From Zancudomyces culisetae HAW-14-8 (Eukaryota > Fungi > Kickxellomycota), in assembly GCA_052426225.1 (NCBI GenBank), contig JBNJNM010000011.1:4464001-4528000 (forward strand): DNA of 64,000 nucleotides. Reading direction: 5' to 3'. Of this stretch, positions 22,922 to 34,679 are shown piece after piece; positions within the stretch are counted from its first letter, which is position 1, and every line of letters begins with the position of its first letter. A program made the position numbers and the translations under genes. The notes under the pieces are model-generated. The model worked only from the letters and a program-made list of their open reading frames with translations. It was not told the origin of the DNA and ran no database searches.

Positions 22922-25900
22922 GCCAGTGGCTAGGGCAAGCAGAGCGGAATGGTGTTTGGCCAGGACAGATAGCAGGGACGAGCAGCGGCGTTGGAGTTCG
23001 GGGCGGCTGCGCGAACGGATAAACCAGTTGAAGCGAAAACCGGCAAAACGGCGGACAGCGGCGAGAAGGTCGTCGTAGGCATTGGGTAGAAATAAATCAA
23101 CGTTGTTGAGCGTGCATAGCAGGAATGAGTCTTCTTCAGGAGTGTACAGCTCACCATTGAGGTTGTGGCGTGTAGCAGTACGGAAATGGTGGAAAATTGT
23201 ACCCATCTCACCACCACCACCACTATTTTTGTTGTTGTTGTTGTTATTGTTAGTGTGGCCTATAGCTGTTGCAAATAGTTGTACTGATCGTTGGGCTGCT
23301 CGGGTTGCCGCCACTTTTTGGTTACCCTTGGCAATAGCAGCACTAATACGCTCGACGGTTTGCGGTGGTAGTGATGTGGTGTAGTTGGCCAAAAAGTGGT
23401 GTACGTAAAACAACACATCCTCCTTATTGTGGTCGGTAAACATATCTTGTGGATAGTACTTTTCGTATAAAGCCAACTCAGTGTTGCCAAACCGCTCGAT
23501 CAATCGCAAAACGTTGAAATAGTCACGACGCGTAATATTTGGAAACCCAAGCGATCCGCCATTACTAACTATTTGGTCTGTAGTTTGTCCAAGACACTTT
23601 TCAATTAGTTCTGTTTTGACTTGCTGTTCTTGTTCTGTTAGAAATTCTGTTTTTTTATCTTCGTTTTCTCGACTTTTCTGCCAATTAGACTTTTCCAATT
23701 CTAATATTTCATACAAATCTTTTGGATAAAACTGAAAATCATGAACCGTTGGCTGTTTTAATGCCACACCACGAGGTTGGTCAGATCCTCCTCCTCCTGC
23801 CCCTCCTCCTCCCCCTCCACTACCACCTCCTCCTCCACTACCACCCCGCATTGCCTCGCGGTAATAATCGTCAACTGCATAATTAACCTTACGTTCGCGT
23901 TTGGCTGGCATGATCCAAGCTGCCCCAACTGCCTGCACCTTATCTCCCACTCCTCCTAAACCTCCATTCACACCTTCTCCTCCCTCCCCACCTACACCTA
24001 CACCCGCACCACCACCAGTGGTAGTAGTAGTAGTAGTTGATGATAAATTGACAATTTCATTCAGCGACATCTGGTTGTATTTCTCTTGTAGCTTTTGTGT
24101 CTTTTCTAGCGATCGCATCATCAATTTGCTCATATCAATTTGTTCACTTCCACTTGTCTCACTCTTATTAAGAATCTCATTAGCACCAAACTGGACCATT
24201 TCCAGCATATTCTGCTTACTATTAACACTGCTACTCGCAACATTGTCTTGTCGCAATCCTTGTTGAATAACCAACTGGTCCAACCTCAATTTTTGCATTG
24301 CTCGTTCAAGCACTTTTTCTTCAACCGCGTTTTCCGTAATCAATCGGTACACATATACTTGCTTTTTTTGTCCAATTCGATGCGCCCGATCCATCGCCTG
24401 CAAATCTACCTGCGGATTCCAATCCGAATCATATATCACCACTATATCTGCTGTCGTCAAGTTAATCCCCAACCCACCAGCCCGTGTCGTCAATAGAAAT
24501 ATATATTTGTCTGAACCCTCACGGTTGTACTCGTCAATGCTTGCTGTTCGGTCGTCGTGTGACGTCTGTCCATCAATCCGACAGTACCCGTACCCACGCA
24601 TTGTACAGTAATCCTCCAAAATATCCAGCATCCGACTCATCTGGCTAAAAATCAACACCCGACTGCCTTGCTCCCGAAACTGTTTCAGCAGCCGATCCAA
24701 CACCTCCAACTTGTCCGAATTAGCCACCAAATGTTCATCTGTCGTGTATGGTGGCCCCGGTTCGGCTCCTGTAAACAGGTACGGGTGATTACAGCATTTA
24801 CGCAACTGCATCACTATATTCAACAACCGCAGCTGCCCTTCACGCTTACCCCCCACAACCCCATTCACCGCTTCTAAATCCTTTTCCAAAATCCTTCGAT
24901 ACCACTCGCGTTGCATTCGTGACAGTTGCACATACACATTGATCTCCTTCTTTGGTTTCAGTTGTTGTTCGACCTGCGTCTTCAACCGCCGCAGCACAAA
25001 CGGCTGCAGCATTTCTTGTAGCTGTTTGATCTTTTCACTACCGTCTCCTGCACTATTTATAAAATACTCCTCAAATACCTCTGACTCACTAAACACGTCT
25101 GGCAGCAAAAAGTTGAGCAGCGCCCACAGCTCATGTAAATTGTTCTGTAATGGTGTACCCGTCACCAGCATTCGCGCATCTGATTCAAACCCCCGAATAA
25201 TCATCGACAGTGCTGAGTTTTCATTTTTGATACGGTGCGCCTCATCCACTACTATATACCCATACCGCTTCTTACTCAACGCCCCTTTGCACTTCAAACA
25301 CATTTCATAACTTGTTAGAATCACATCACTGCTACCAAACTCTTCACTCTCCAAAATCTGCCGCCTCGCTTCCTTATCACCAAGAAGTTGTACCACCTCT
25401 AGTGTTGGTACCCATCGATTGATTTCACGCCGCCAATTCTCAATTGTCGTCTTTGGTACCACCACCAAATGCTGCATTCTATTATCCTCCCCTCCTTGAC
25501 GATATGCGAAATGCTTCAGATATCCAAGCAAACTAATCGTCTGCAGAGTCTTTCCCAACCCCATCTCGTCGGCCAATATCCCATTAACTCCATTTTCATA
25601 TAGCTGGATAAAAAAATTTAAGCCTCGTAATTGGTAGTCTCGCATCTTGCCTCCTTTCACATAATATGGTGTCTCTGTAAATTCAACAACCCTCAGCTCA
25701 TCCAATTTACCATCCTCTCCATTCCCCTCCACACCACCATCTGCACCTTCTTCTAGCTCAAGTTGTTTGATCAGCTCTTCATCCTCCTGTTTTTCTGAAT
25801 GGCTGCGTCTCCGCTTGCTCCTGCCATTCCCATTTGCTACTCCTTCCTCTTGTTCACCTTGGACCTCGCCCTCACCTTGGTTCTGGCTCTGATCTTGACT

Positions 25901-26158
25901 TTGGCTATCTGTGTATGCCGCAAATCGTCCGTCTTTTAAGTAGTCCTTTAGAAACACCTTGAACACCGGTGCTTGGTCCAACAAAAACCGAATCATTTTG
26001 GTTTGTTTGGCTATATCTTGGTCTACCCCAGTTCCAGTCCCAGCCGCAGCTCTAGCCCTAGCTCCAACCTTTTGTCTCTTGACTTCATTCTGTTGACTTT
26101 GGGAACCAGTCTCTTCTTCCGAATCGACGTCCCGGCGTTTTAAATCTTTACTATCCAT
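22904..26158 (-). CDS. ISWI-family chromatin-remodelling ATPase (SNF2 helicase plus HAND-SANT-SLIDE)
   Basis: GILADEMGLGKTLQTI, DEAH box, TGTPLQNNLHELWALLNFLLPDVF, QLRKCCNHPYLF, LLTTRAGGLGINL, QAMDRAHRIGQ; HAND start HDFQFYP; SLIDE YTPEEDSFLL...FRFNWFIRSRSRPELQRRC. Cannot distinguish ISW1 from ISW2. Confidence 0.95.
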   Translation of the reverse strand: MDSKDLKRRDVDSEEETGSQSQQNEVKRQKVGARARAAAGTGTGVDQDIAKQTKMIRFLLDQAPVFKVFLKDYLKDGRFAAYTDSQSQDQSQNQGEGEVQGEQEEGVANGNGRSKRRRSHSEKQEDEELIKQLELEEGADGGVEGNGEDGKLDELRVVEFTETPYYVKGGKMRDYQLRGLNFFIQLYENGVNGILADEMGLGKTLQTISLLGYLKHFAYRQGGEDNRMQHLVVVPKTTIENWRREINRWVPTLEVVQLLGDKEARRQILESEEFGSSDVILTSYEMCLKCKGALSKKRYGYIVVDEAHRIKNENSALSMIIRGFESDARMLVTGTPLQNNLHELWALLNFLLPDVFSESEVFEEYFINSAGDGSEKIKQLQEMLQPFVLRRLKTQVEQQLKPKKEINVYVQLSRMQREWYRRILEKDLEAVNGVVGGKREGQLRLLNIVMQLRKCCNHPYLFTGAEPGPPYTTDEHLVANSDKLEVLDRLLKQFREQGSRVLIFSQMSRMLDILEDYCTMRGYGYCRIDGQTSHDDRTASIDEYNREGSDKYIFLLTTRAGGLGINLTTADIVVIYDSDWNPQVDLQAMDRAHRIGQKKQVYVYRLITENAVEEKVLERAMQKLRLDQLVIQQGLRQDNVASSSVNSKQNMLEMVQFGANEILNKSETSGSEQIDMSKLMMRSLEKTQKLQEKYNQMSLNEIVNLSSTTTTTTTGGGAGVGVGGEGGEGVNGGLGGVGDKVQAVGAAWIMPAKRERKVNYAVDDYYREAMRGGSGGGGGSGGGGGGAGGGGSDQPRGVALKQPTVHDFQFYPKDLYEILELEKSNWQKSRENEDKKTEFLTEQEQQVKTELIEKCLGQTTDQIVSNGGSLGFPNITRRDYFNVLRLIERFGNTELALYEKYYPQDMFTDHNKEDVLFYVHHFLANYTTSLPPQTVERISAAIAKGNQKVAATRAAQRSVQLFATAIGHTNNNNNNNKNSGGGGEMGTIFHHFRTATRHNLNGELYTPEEDSFLLCTLNNVDLFLPNAYDDLLAAVRRFAGFRFNWFIRSRSRPELQRRCSSLLSVLAKHHSALLALATGSAKLR

Positions 26159-26580
26159 TTTTTTTTCTACACTTTTACAATATTTACAATTCTACAAGAC
26201 ATGAGTAATGCGATTTACTAGATATTTATTTTTGTACTCCAATTTTTTATTTTAATACCAAAAACATCCCCCAATTAACCTATAAAAATAAATAAATGAA
26301 TAAATAAAATAAACAAAAATATAAAGAACTAATACAATGTAAATTAACCTAACGTGATTCAAGAAAAAAAACTTTTTAACGTTAATTCTTTTCGTGTTTT
26401 TTGTTTTGTTTTTATTTTCGTTCTAGTCCAATTATTATCATGCTATTATTTATTTGCTTTGAAAAATACATCTTGCATGAAAAAACAATAACAATAAAAA
26501 AATTACCACACACACACAAACACACACACACAAACACAAACCAACATCTAAAATAAACAAAATAGAAATGATAATTGCAT

Positions 26581-29500
26581 TTACACATGACACTTGATAT
26601 TTACATCAAACATATTCATTACATACCGACGCACTCCTAACCTAAACGGATACTTGGCCAACACGTCCAGTACAATATATCGGTATAGCCACTCCAGCCG
26701 GAAATAGTGCGGGTGTGATGTCTTGATTACGTTCAACCGCTTGACCGATTTACTGTACTGCACATGTGTCAACAACGAAAGTATAAGATTGGTGATCTCC
26801 AACATCAGCGAGTCCAAACTATTGCTCTTGCTGTTGCTTGTCTCTGTATCAATTGCATCGTTTTCGCCAATATTCTGGCGGTTTGCCCTGGAGTTATCAT
26901 CAGTGGTTGGAATAAACCTGGGCATTTTGCGTAAATTCTTGGGAACATAGAATCGCAATTTTTTTGGCATTTTTATTTGGCCTCCGCTGTAGTAGCTATT
27001 GTCATTACTACTATAGCTATAGACCGGGATGTATGTACTTTTGCACTCTCCATCTATTATACCACCATTGATATAGTTGCTACTACTCTTGGTGTTGTAT
27101 TCGGATATGGCAAATGAATATTTGCTCGAAATATAGCCTATGGCTGTCAAACATGTCGCCTTTACGGATACATAATATGTGGTATGTGCTAGTTCCGTCA
27201 GCTTATCTACCAGGCTTATGGAGTATTCAGATTCACAGTAATTCTCCATGAGATTGAAGATGTGCCTTGAGACAGTTATCATAAAAGAAATCGACCACAC
27301 AGTCGCTTTTATTGCCAACAATGACACTTGATCATCCATTAATTGTTCTCGGCTATTAACATTATTATTATTATTATTAGTATCATTGTTATCATTATCC
27401 TTGTTATCATTATCATTGTTATCATTATCCTTGTTATCATTATCATTATTATTAGCATCATTATTAACATTATCACTGTCACGATTATAATGATTTTCAG
27501 ATAATGAAAAGAGCGTATCAACCAACAGCGTCGGAATATCATATGATAATAGCAATTCAAATCCAGTTTTTGTCTTTGCCAACTGAGAAAACAGATGCAT
27601 ATCAAATTCAAACATCTTCCACCGATTGTTCTTAATATACGTATGATAGTATGTATCATGATCCACACCCTCACCCACGCCCATACCAACACCCATTCCC
27701 ATTCCATCCTTAGAAAAGTTTATAGGGTTATAAAGCCTGTTTAGTCTAAATTCAGTACAAAAGTTTTGTTCAATCGCAGACACGTATTGCAATCCCAAAT
27801 CTCCCAACCATAAGTCTAGCTCCCTTTTCGCCAACAGGTAGCAGTACTGAACCCCAGATTCACAGGAAATCAAGCGCAAAAGTAGTGGGCGTAAGAGATC
27901 TGGATCAACTACATCAAAGTTAGGCAAAAAGCCCAAGAATATATCAATAATCTCGTTTCCATCTGTTTTCTCACTTTTGTTTTCAGTAGTGTTGGTAAAA
28001 GTATTACTAATGGTACAAATATCCGATGATAATAAATTCAGAATGGAATCATGATTAACTTTTGGCTTAGAATTGGTACATGTCCCCGCATCGCGGTTAG
28101 TATTATGCGGTGATTGATGTGAATCGATCAAGAAAAGCAGAACACCAATGGTTTTGGCAACAACAATGGTGTTAGGGTTGTACATTAGTTCGACTAACAT
28201 TGAAATTTTCCATACATTGCTGTCAAATCCACTTCCTTCATCTTTTTCAGTTTTACCAACAGCATTTTTTGCAAAAAAGATTGAAAAAATAGACAGAACT
28301 ACGTCTAGCTGTGGGGATGATACTACCAGCCTGGCCAGCATTGTTGAGTACCCAATCTTGTTGAATGATAAAGTAGGCAATATATGCTCCAATAGGTATC
28401 CCACCTTTATTCCATTTTGACCACCGGTTAATGAGGCTGTTGCTACTAACCTAATATACAAATCGTAGATTCCATGCCTTTCTAATAGCTTATCTCCACC
28501 ACCTTTACTGCTGCTTATTACTTGTAACATTTCAAAATATTTTGCGTTTTGGGTTCTCAAGCTGCTTGGATAAGCACAAGAGTCAAAACCACAATCAACA
28601 GGATGTAGTAAAGACTTATTAAAGCACGATTTGTAGCTATTTATCGAGAATAACAACTCCAAATGCTTTGATATATCCTGCAAAAACCCACTTTCTTCCA
28701 CAAATAGCATACCATCCGCAGATGACATTAGCAGTCGAACCATCTGAATCCCTATTTCTGCTATATCTATTTGCTTTTTAGTGTCCAGCTTTGTACGGAA
28801 AGCCAACCCCATCAACACTTTTGGTGATGCAAAATCTTCTGCAGATGGCATATAAAATCTAATCAATCGATGCAAAAACAGCGAATTTTTCAACATCTCC
28901 AATAAAAGCCTTGGTTCTTTTAGTTCCTTTCCAAACATCAGATCTTCAATACTTTGCCAGTCCCAATCCAACGCAGACTCTTTCAACAATACTTTGCTTT
29001 TGTCTTGTAAATACTCTACTATATCACACCCTTTTCTCTCGCCAATACCTGAATCATGACCAAATCCAAATCCAAGACCAAATCCAAACCCCGGCCCAAA
29101 TCCAGCATTTTGTCGATACCCCTTCATTCCCCTCCGTGCTACTATACCGCTGTTAATATTAAACCCACCATTCGTTGGTACGCCCAAATCCACACTATTG
29201 CTACCCCTATTTCTAACTAATACAACACTAGTTCCTCGTTTGATGTTTGAATCACTGCTGTTGTTTCCAATATCCCCAATACTTTCTATGCCACTAAAAT
29301 CATCTTTAGGTGCTTCATTGCGTTTTGTAACCGATTTTTTCCGCTTTTCTGTTTTCTTCATGCTTTCAGAGCTATTACTGTTGCCTTTATTGGAAGCAAG
29401 GTGAATTAAGTCATCGGATCCGCTGATCAATTCTAACCTCTCGCCCTCATTTTCTTTCAGATGAAGTGCTTTCTGCTCGTCTGAAATTGGGCTTAATAGC

Positions 29501-31464
29501 TCTTCCACATCTATGCTCTGTTTTCTTACTCGGATTACACCAAATGATGTTTCTTGTTGCTGATTTTGCTGGCTCTGTTGCTCCTGTTGCAGGTGTTGCT
29601 GTTGTTGCTGTTGCTGTTGCTGTTGAACGAGCGTCTGCTGCTGGGTTTGTTGTTGCTCCTGTTGCTGCTGTTGAGTCTGTTGTTGTTGGTTGTTGTTTAC
29701 TCCACCTCCACTGTTATTTGTACTATTAATACTGAGACTGTTGAAATTGCTCATTCCAAACACATTTCCACTCTGCGCTTTTCTCAATATTGGCACCCTT
29801 GCATGGCTGGTCTTATTTGATAATTCCGCTCTTCTAGTCACGCTATCCACTATTTGTTGCTTGATGTTGCTGCTGGCACTACTGATGTTATTCTGTTGCT
29901 GTTGTCTTTCTTGCTGCCGGAGTGATAAAAGGATCATTTGTTTCTCATAGTATGCCCTTTTTCTGTCGTTGATAGCAGTTTTTTCTACAACCTCTCCTAC
30001 TATCACCATCTGACCTCCTTGTATTTCCCGCCTATCTTCGCCTCTATCTATTTGCAGCGCTTTTTTTACTTTTCCTATTGCCTTCATTTTCATCTTGGAA
30101 TCAATTGCGAGTTGTACTTGTTTGTCATTTTCCTTGCTGATTACCCATTCCGCCTCACTCGTCAAACATGTTTTTTCTCCCCGCTCAATCCACTTTTTCA
30201 GAACATTTGCTGCCTCCAAACTCACCACATCTTTGCTATTATCCTGTTTAATTACCTCTATCAACGTTTTTATCAGTCCCTCTTTAATAAACTTCTCTAT
30301 CAATATACTTCTATAATATTCAACCGTGCAAAACATTCTCGCACCGCTACCATCACCCTTAAAGTTTTTTTTACTTCTCTCATTTACTGCCCTGCATCCC
30401 TCGTTGGTTTGCCATTGTAGTATTTCCATGTCCCTCTCGTTCCCACTTTTTCTCCTACGTTGCTGGTTCATCTCTGTGCTTAATGCTGTACCAAAACTCA
30501 ATACCCCCTCATCTTCCGCATTCTCATCCATTTCTTCTTTCTTCATCCAGTCGTAATCCTCAGCTAGTCCAAACAGATCAAATAACATTCCTAAAATTGC
30601 AGCCCGTTGCATTGGTAGATTTTTTAATGCCATAGTTATTGCCTTTATCATACCATTTCCCGTCTCCTCCATATATTGCAACCCTGCCCAATTTTTCATA
30701 AGACTTGACGCCATGTATATTCCCAACTTTACCCGCTCTCGCAAACTCTCGCACTCTTCCTCCTCAGAAGTAAGTGAGCTTATTAGCTCACCCAAATCGA
30801 CTTCCCTCAATAGCCGCTCTCTCGTTTCAGCCCGCTCCAAGATATGTAGGATTGCCGAGCATACACCTATACTTACATGGTATGGCCCATCCATTGCTCC
30901 TTTTATCAATATCCCCATACCCTTCACATCCATTATCTGCTCCGGCTTTCGTACCAGTATTTCGCCTACCGTCTCCATACTTATATTTCTTAATTTGTCG
31001 TCTGCCTGTTCAGCAATTGCCAGTAATGTCCTCGTCAAACCCTCGCTTAGTACTCCTCCCTCATCCATTCTCCACCTGACAAATTTCAGTGCCTCTATTC
31101 TCTCTACTTGATTCACCTCTATTTGTAGTAGTGATTTCGTCACACTCATTTCCAAGAATGCCTCATACCGTTCTGTCTCATCCTTTTTGCCTATTTGCCT
31201 CATCATTTTTCGTATTAGTCTGTACGCTTTTGCTCGTATAATGTGGCTTGGATGTGCTAAAAGCCCCAGAATCTCTCTCTCCATAATTTTTCTAATATCT
31301 TCTTTTACGTCCAGTTCTCCTATATCCTCATTACTTATTCCCTCCTTCCGCCTCTTTCGTTTGTACCTTTTGTACTCGTGATTTACAGAATCTATTTTAC
31401 TGCTCAGGTCTGAGGTTTCTCCCTTCTCGCAACTTTTGCAAAGTCTTAGTATCTGCATCTCCAT
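26581..31464 (-). CDS. RICTOR/Avo3 (TORC2 scaffold subunit), divergent, with polyQ and N/D inserts
   Basis: 1627-aa ORF with RICTOR_N-like motifs (IRAKAYRLIR, ERIEALKFVR, LLAIAEQADDKLRNISMETVGEILV, LMKNWAGLQY), WDWQSIEDL..FLHRLIRFYMPS, HLFSQLAKTKTGFELL, KATVWSI, SVKATCLTAIGYIS and C-terminal YPFRLGVRRYVMNMF. A possible extra 5' exon at 31846-31714 (GTAAGT donor) can splice in frame to 31502. Confidence 0.85.
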   Translation of the reverse strand: MEMQILRLCKSCEKGETSDLSSKIDSVNHEYKRYKRKRRKEGISNEDIGELDVKEDIRKIMEREILGLLAHPSHIIRAKAYRLIRKMMRQIGKKDETERYEAFLEMSVTKSLLQIEVNQVERIEALKFVRWRMDEGGVLSEGLTRTLLAIAEQADDKLRNISMETVGEILVRKPEQIMDVKGMGILIKGAMDGPYHVSIGVCSAILHILERAETRERLLREVDLGELISSLTSEEEECESLRERVKLGIYMASSLMKNWAGLQYMEETGNGMIKAITMALKNLPMQRAAILGMLFDLFGLAEDYDWMKKEEMDENAEDEGVLSFGTALSTEMNQQRRRKSGNERDMEILQWQTNEGCRAVNERSKKNFKGDGSGARMFCTVEYYRSILIEKFIKEGLIKTLIEVIKQDNSKDVVSLEAANVLKKWIERGEKTCLTSEAEWVISKENDKQVQLAIDSKMKMKAIGKVKKALQIDRGEDRREIQGGQMVIVGEVVEKTAINDRKRAYYEKQMILLSLRQQERQQQQNNISSASSNIKQQIVDSVTRRAELSNKTSHARVPILRKAQSGNVFGMSNFNSLSINSTNNSGGGVNNNQQQQTQQQQQEQQQTQQQTLVQQQQQQQQQQHLQQEQQSQQNQQQETSFGVIRVRKQSIDVEELLSPISDEQKALHLKENEGERLELISGSDDLIHLASNKGNSNSSESMKKTEKRKKSVTKRNEAPKDDFSGIESIGDIGNNSSDSNIKRGTSVVLVRNRGSNSVDLGVPTNGGFNINSGIVARRGMKGYRQNAGFGPGFGFGLGFGFGHDSGIGERKGCDIVEYLQDKSKVLLKESALDWDWQSIEDLMFGKELKEPRLLLEMLKNSLFLHRLIRFYMPSAEDFASPKVLMGLAFRTKLDTKKQIDIAEIGIQMVRLLMSSADGMLFVEESGFLQDISKHLELLFSINSYKSCFNKSLLHPVDCGFDSCAYPSSLRTQNAKYFEMLQVISSSKGGGDKLLERHGIYDLYIRLVATASLTGGQNGIKVGYLLEHILPTLSFNKIGYSTMLARLVVSSPQLDVVLSIFSIFFAKNAVGKTEKDEGSGFDSNVWKISMLVELMYNPNTIVVAKTIGVLLFLIDSHQSPHNTNRDAGTCTNSKPKVNHDSILNLLSSDICTISNTFTNTTENKSEKTDGNEIIDIFLGFLPNFDVVDPDLLRPLLLRLISCESGVQYCYLLAKRELDLWLGDLGLQYVSAIEQNFCTEFRLNRLYNPINFSKDGMGMGVGMGVGEGVDHDTYYHTYIKNNRWKMFEFDMHLFSQLAKTKTGFELLLSYDIPTLLVDTLFSLSENHYNRDSDNVNNDANNNDNDNKDNDNNDNDNKDNDNNDTNNNNNNVNSREQLMDDQVSLLAIKATVWSISFMITVSRHIFNLMENYCESEYSISLVDKLTELAHTTYYVSVKATCLTAIGYISSKYSFAISEYNTKSSSNYINGGIIDGECKSTYIPVYSYSSNDNSYYSGGQIKMPKKLRFYVPKNLRKMPRFIPTTDDNSRANRQNIGENDAIDTETSNSKSNSLDSLMLEITNLILSLLTHVQYSKSVKRLNVIKTSHPHYFRLEWLYRYIVLDVLAKYPFRLGVRRYVMNMFDVNIKCHV

Positions 31465-34400
31465 TTCTGTTAATTTTGTTGTTTTTTGAATCAGCTCTAT
31501 CTCTATTTCGTCATTTGAAATTTTCTTTTTAGCTTTCCCCCTTGAGAAAATAATTTTAATTTCCTATCGTTTCCATTTGCCCCCCCCCCCCCTCGATACC
31601 CTTAGGATTTACTTCTTGTTCATATCCACTCTAATCACTTAAATGTGGCTTTGGAAATCCCATCGATACGCACTCTCCAGGATCATTCCTTTTTCTTAAA
31701 AAAAAACACTTACCTTTAGCACTTGCATTTGTTTCTTCGCTTTTCTTCAAAATTCCGTTGCTTCTCCCCGCAATATTAGTATTCACGCGTCCGAATACAC
31801 TCAACCCATTGATTACTTCGCTCCATTCGCTTTCCTCATTCTCCATTGTATTGGTACTTTCTACTACACATTTGGATTTTGGTAGCTAAATTGGTTTTTT
31901 TTACTTTGTGTTTTGTTGCTTATTGAATCTTAGGTTCTATTTGTTCCTTTACCATTTGTTTTGCTTTATTTAATTACCGTAATTGCCACTATTTTTTACA
32001 CGCCGATTTTTTTTCGTCAATTGCGTTCAATTTTCTGTTGCATCCTTATCACATTTCATTTGTTTGGCAAATTCATCGCTATTGGTAAATCCCCTCTGTA
32101 CATCTACTATCTTGTATATTATTGCATCTCACCCCCTCCTTCAGTTTTTCCGCCTCTTTGGACCTATTGAAAATTTCAAATATACCTTCTATCATATTCT
32201 TGTCTCTTGATTGATCCATTATACCATAACACCACCGACACTTTTTTTTTCGTTTTGAACTACGGGTATTTTACATTTTTCGAGTTTGTAGCGCCCATTT
32301 GTTTCCCATAAAAGAAGAAAGAGAGCATTAAATACATCAACAATACGAAAATAGCTTGTTGAAAAATTAAGCAATAATCGCCTCAGTAGAAGCTGACTTT
32401 TATTAAATTTAGGGGGTTGGTGACCTTTCGGTCATTAATTGCATCTATTACTAGGATCCGAACAACTAGAATAAACGCTTTTTCAGAAAAACAAAAGGTC
32501 ATTATCTCATAACATTATATCATGCGCTGTTAGTTATATTCATTGTAGTTCTCGTCTACTTCCACCATTTAATCTGAATATCAAGAACTGTTCTGGTCAG
32601 AATATGAAATATATATATACTTTTTTCTGACTAGGCTATTCAAAATCAGGTTGTTATTAATAGCATTTGCTTTAGTATTAATAACAAATTGCGCATATAG
32701 CAGATTAGCAAAAGCTGTGTAAAAATAGTTTTAATTATCATTTGTATTTCGACACTAAATCAATATTTTGTATGTAATGGCGGTATTTATATTTCCATAA
32801 ATATTGGGTTAGGTAAGTAAAGACCCTGAGTTTCACAGTGTTAGTCGATTAAATACCGTCGTTATAAAATTCTCATGATACAGTACAACATGTTTTATCC
32901 TGATGACATTATTACTGTTGTACCCACAAACCAAGGAATAGCGACAATTTTTGTTTTTTGGCAAATCGAATTTGAAACTTTTTCCAAAATGAAACTCAAC
33001 TCACACACTTTCCAAAGACAAGCGACCTTTTAAAGAAATCCTTCCGCTTATATAAATGCACTATATTCATTAACATACAGAGAAATTAGAAAGGGTAGTA
33101 TAAACCTCTTTATTACGTTTCGTAGCACATTACCACAAGAGGTCGTCAATACTTGTTGGTAAAGCAAGCCTACAACACGACTATATTTTTTTTAGATGCA
33201 ATACTCATAGATTAATGGGTTAACACTTCAGCGCTTACACAACATCTATACAAAAACGCACCTTTATCCATTTACCTGTTTTCAGGTATCTAACTTTTTG
33301 TCCAATTATGTTTTCGAAAGCTTTTGTCCCATTTGCTTTTTTTTTTGTAGCCTGAAGATAAGTTTAATGAGCATCGGTATCCAATAACTACAACGAATGT
33401 TGTTTGGCATCTAATAGTTGAGATTTAATACTTGATTTGCAGGGCGACCTATTTTAGATTTTACCTGCTTTAACCCCATTGAAAGTGGAATCGCTCCTTC
33501 TAGAATCTGCAACGAATTATGTTAGTCTGATGCCTGTTTGATATTATTGCCAGAGCAGTCAAATGGCATGGAAATTATTTTGAATTTAGATCCAGATTAT
33601 GCTGATTCGTTTATTTTAGCCAGCCTGGTTTGCTTTAAGTGATTATGTAATAAAAACGATATGATTTGACCCAAAAAACCCGCCAGAGACGATTTTGTAC
33701 AGCTCCGAATTAGGCTACCCATAAAACATTTCCCTTTTATTTATATACCTTTGCTAAATACAAAATCTTTGTAAAAAAATAACATATCCGATTATGCTGA
33801 TTTCATTCGATATAATTATGTTTTAATAACTCATGCAAAAAAAAACATCCAAGTATAACCACTACTTGGACTTTTTCTGGAGCAAATAACGCAGAAACTC
33901 TTCCTCTTCTATCTATATTCACATAATCCCCATCCCCTAATTATAATTATAATTATTATATTTAGGATTTGGTAATTATTATAATTAGCTTTTGCTCTCC
34001 GCTGTTTAATAATTATAGTGGCTGTAAACAATATTCGTAATACATACAAAACCAAACTCAACCTCTATAAAAGAAACATACTCTGATGCAAGGTGTGAGA
34101 AATAAATAGCGCTAATTGCCAATTTGCTGCCAAAATAAAAAGTATTAAAACGTAAAAGTTTGAACAACCACACTCTATTTGGGGGTTATTTCCCGCTTTG
34201 CTAATATTTTTGTTGAAGTTTTTTTCCATATAGGAAACTAGATTATGCTCCCAATAGAATTATTCTCTGCAACTACAAACTAAATATTGCCCTCTTGAAA
34301 TCTATTTTAAATACCAAGTTGAGAATCATATTTCAACATTCAATCATCACATTAAAAATCACAAATTATATATTAATAGTATTTATATTCTGTATTTACT

Positions 34401-34679
34401 GGATAACAATTGAATTTCCATATAAATATCGAAACCAAAAGAAATACAAGGTGGAAAAAAGAGAGAAAAAACAAACAAAATAAATATCCGCTATACATAT
34501 CACTGCTCTTTAATGCCTACTCTTAAACTATCTACTATTAAACCTTACTAAACAAAATAACATCAGTGTGCTGATTGACCATCTAGTAATTGTATATTAG
34601 CACTGTCACATCCTTTTTCTTTCTTACTTTTCAAAACAAGAACCCAATAAGACATTCAACTTATCTTATTCAGTGGAAG

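Noticed and set aside
21601-31381. Numerous antisense and alternate-frame ORFs (e.g. 21601-22284 minus, 29938-30420 plus)
   Set aside because: Shadow ORFs of real genes caused by biased codon use and repeats; no independent motifs.
33075-33092. ATACAGAGAAATTAG resembling the U6 snRNA ACAGAGA box
   Set aside because: Flanks do not match the highly conserved U6 sequence.
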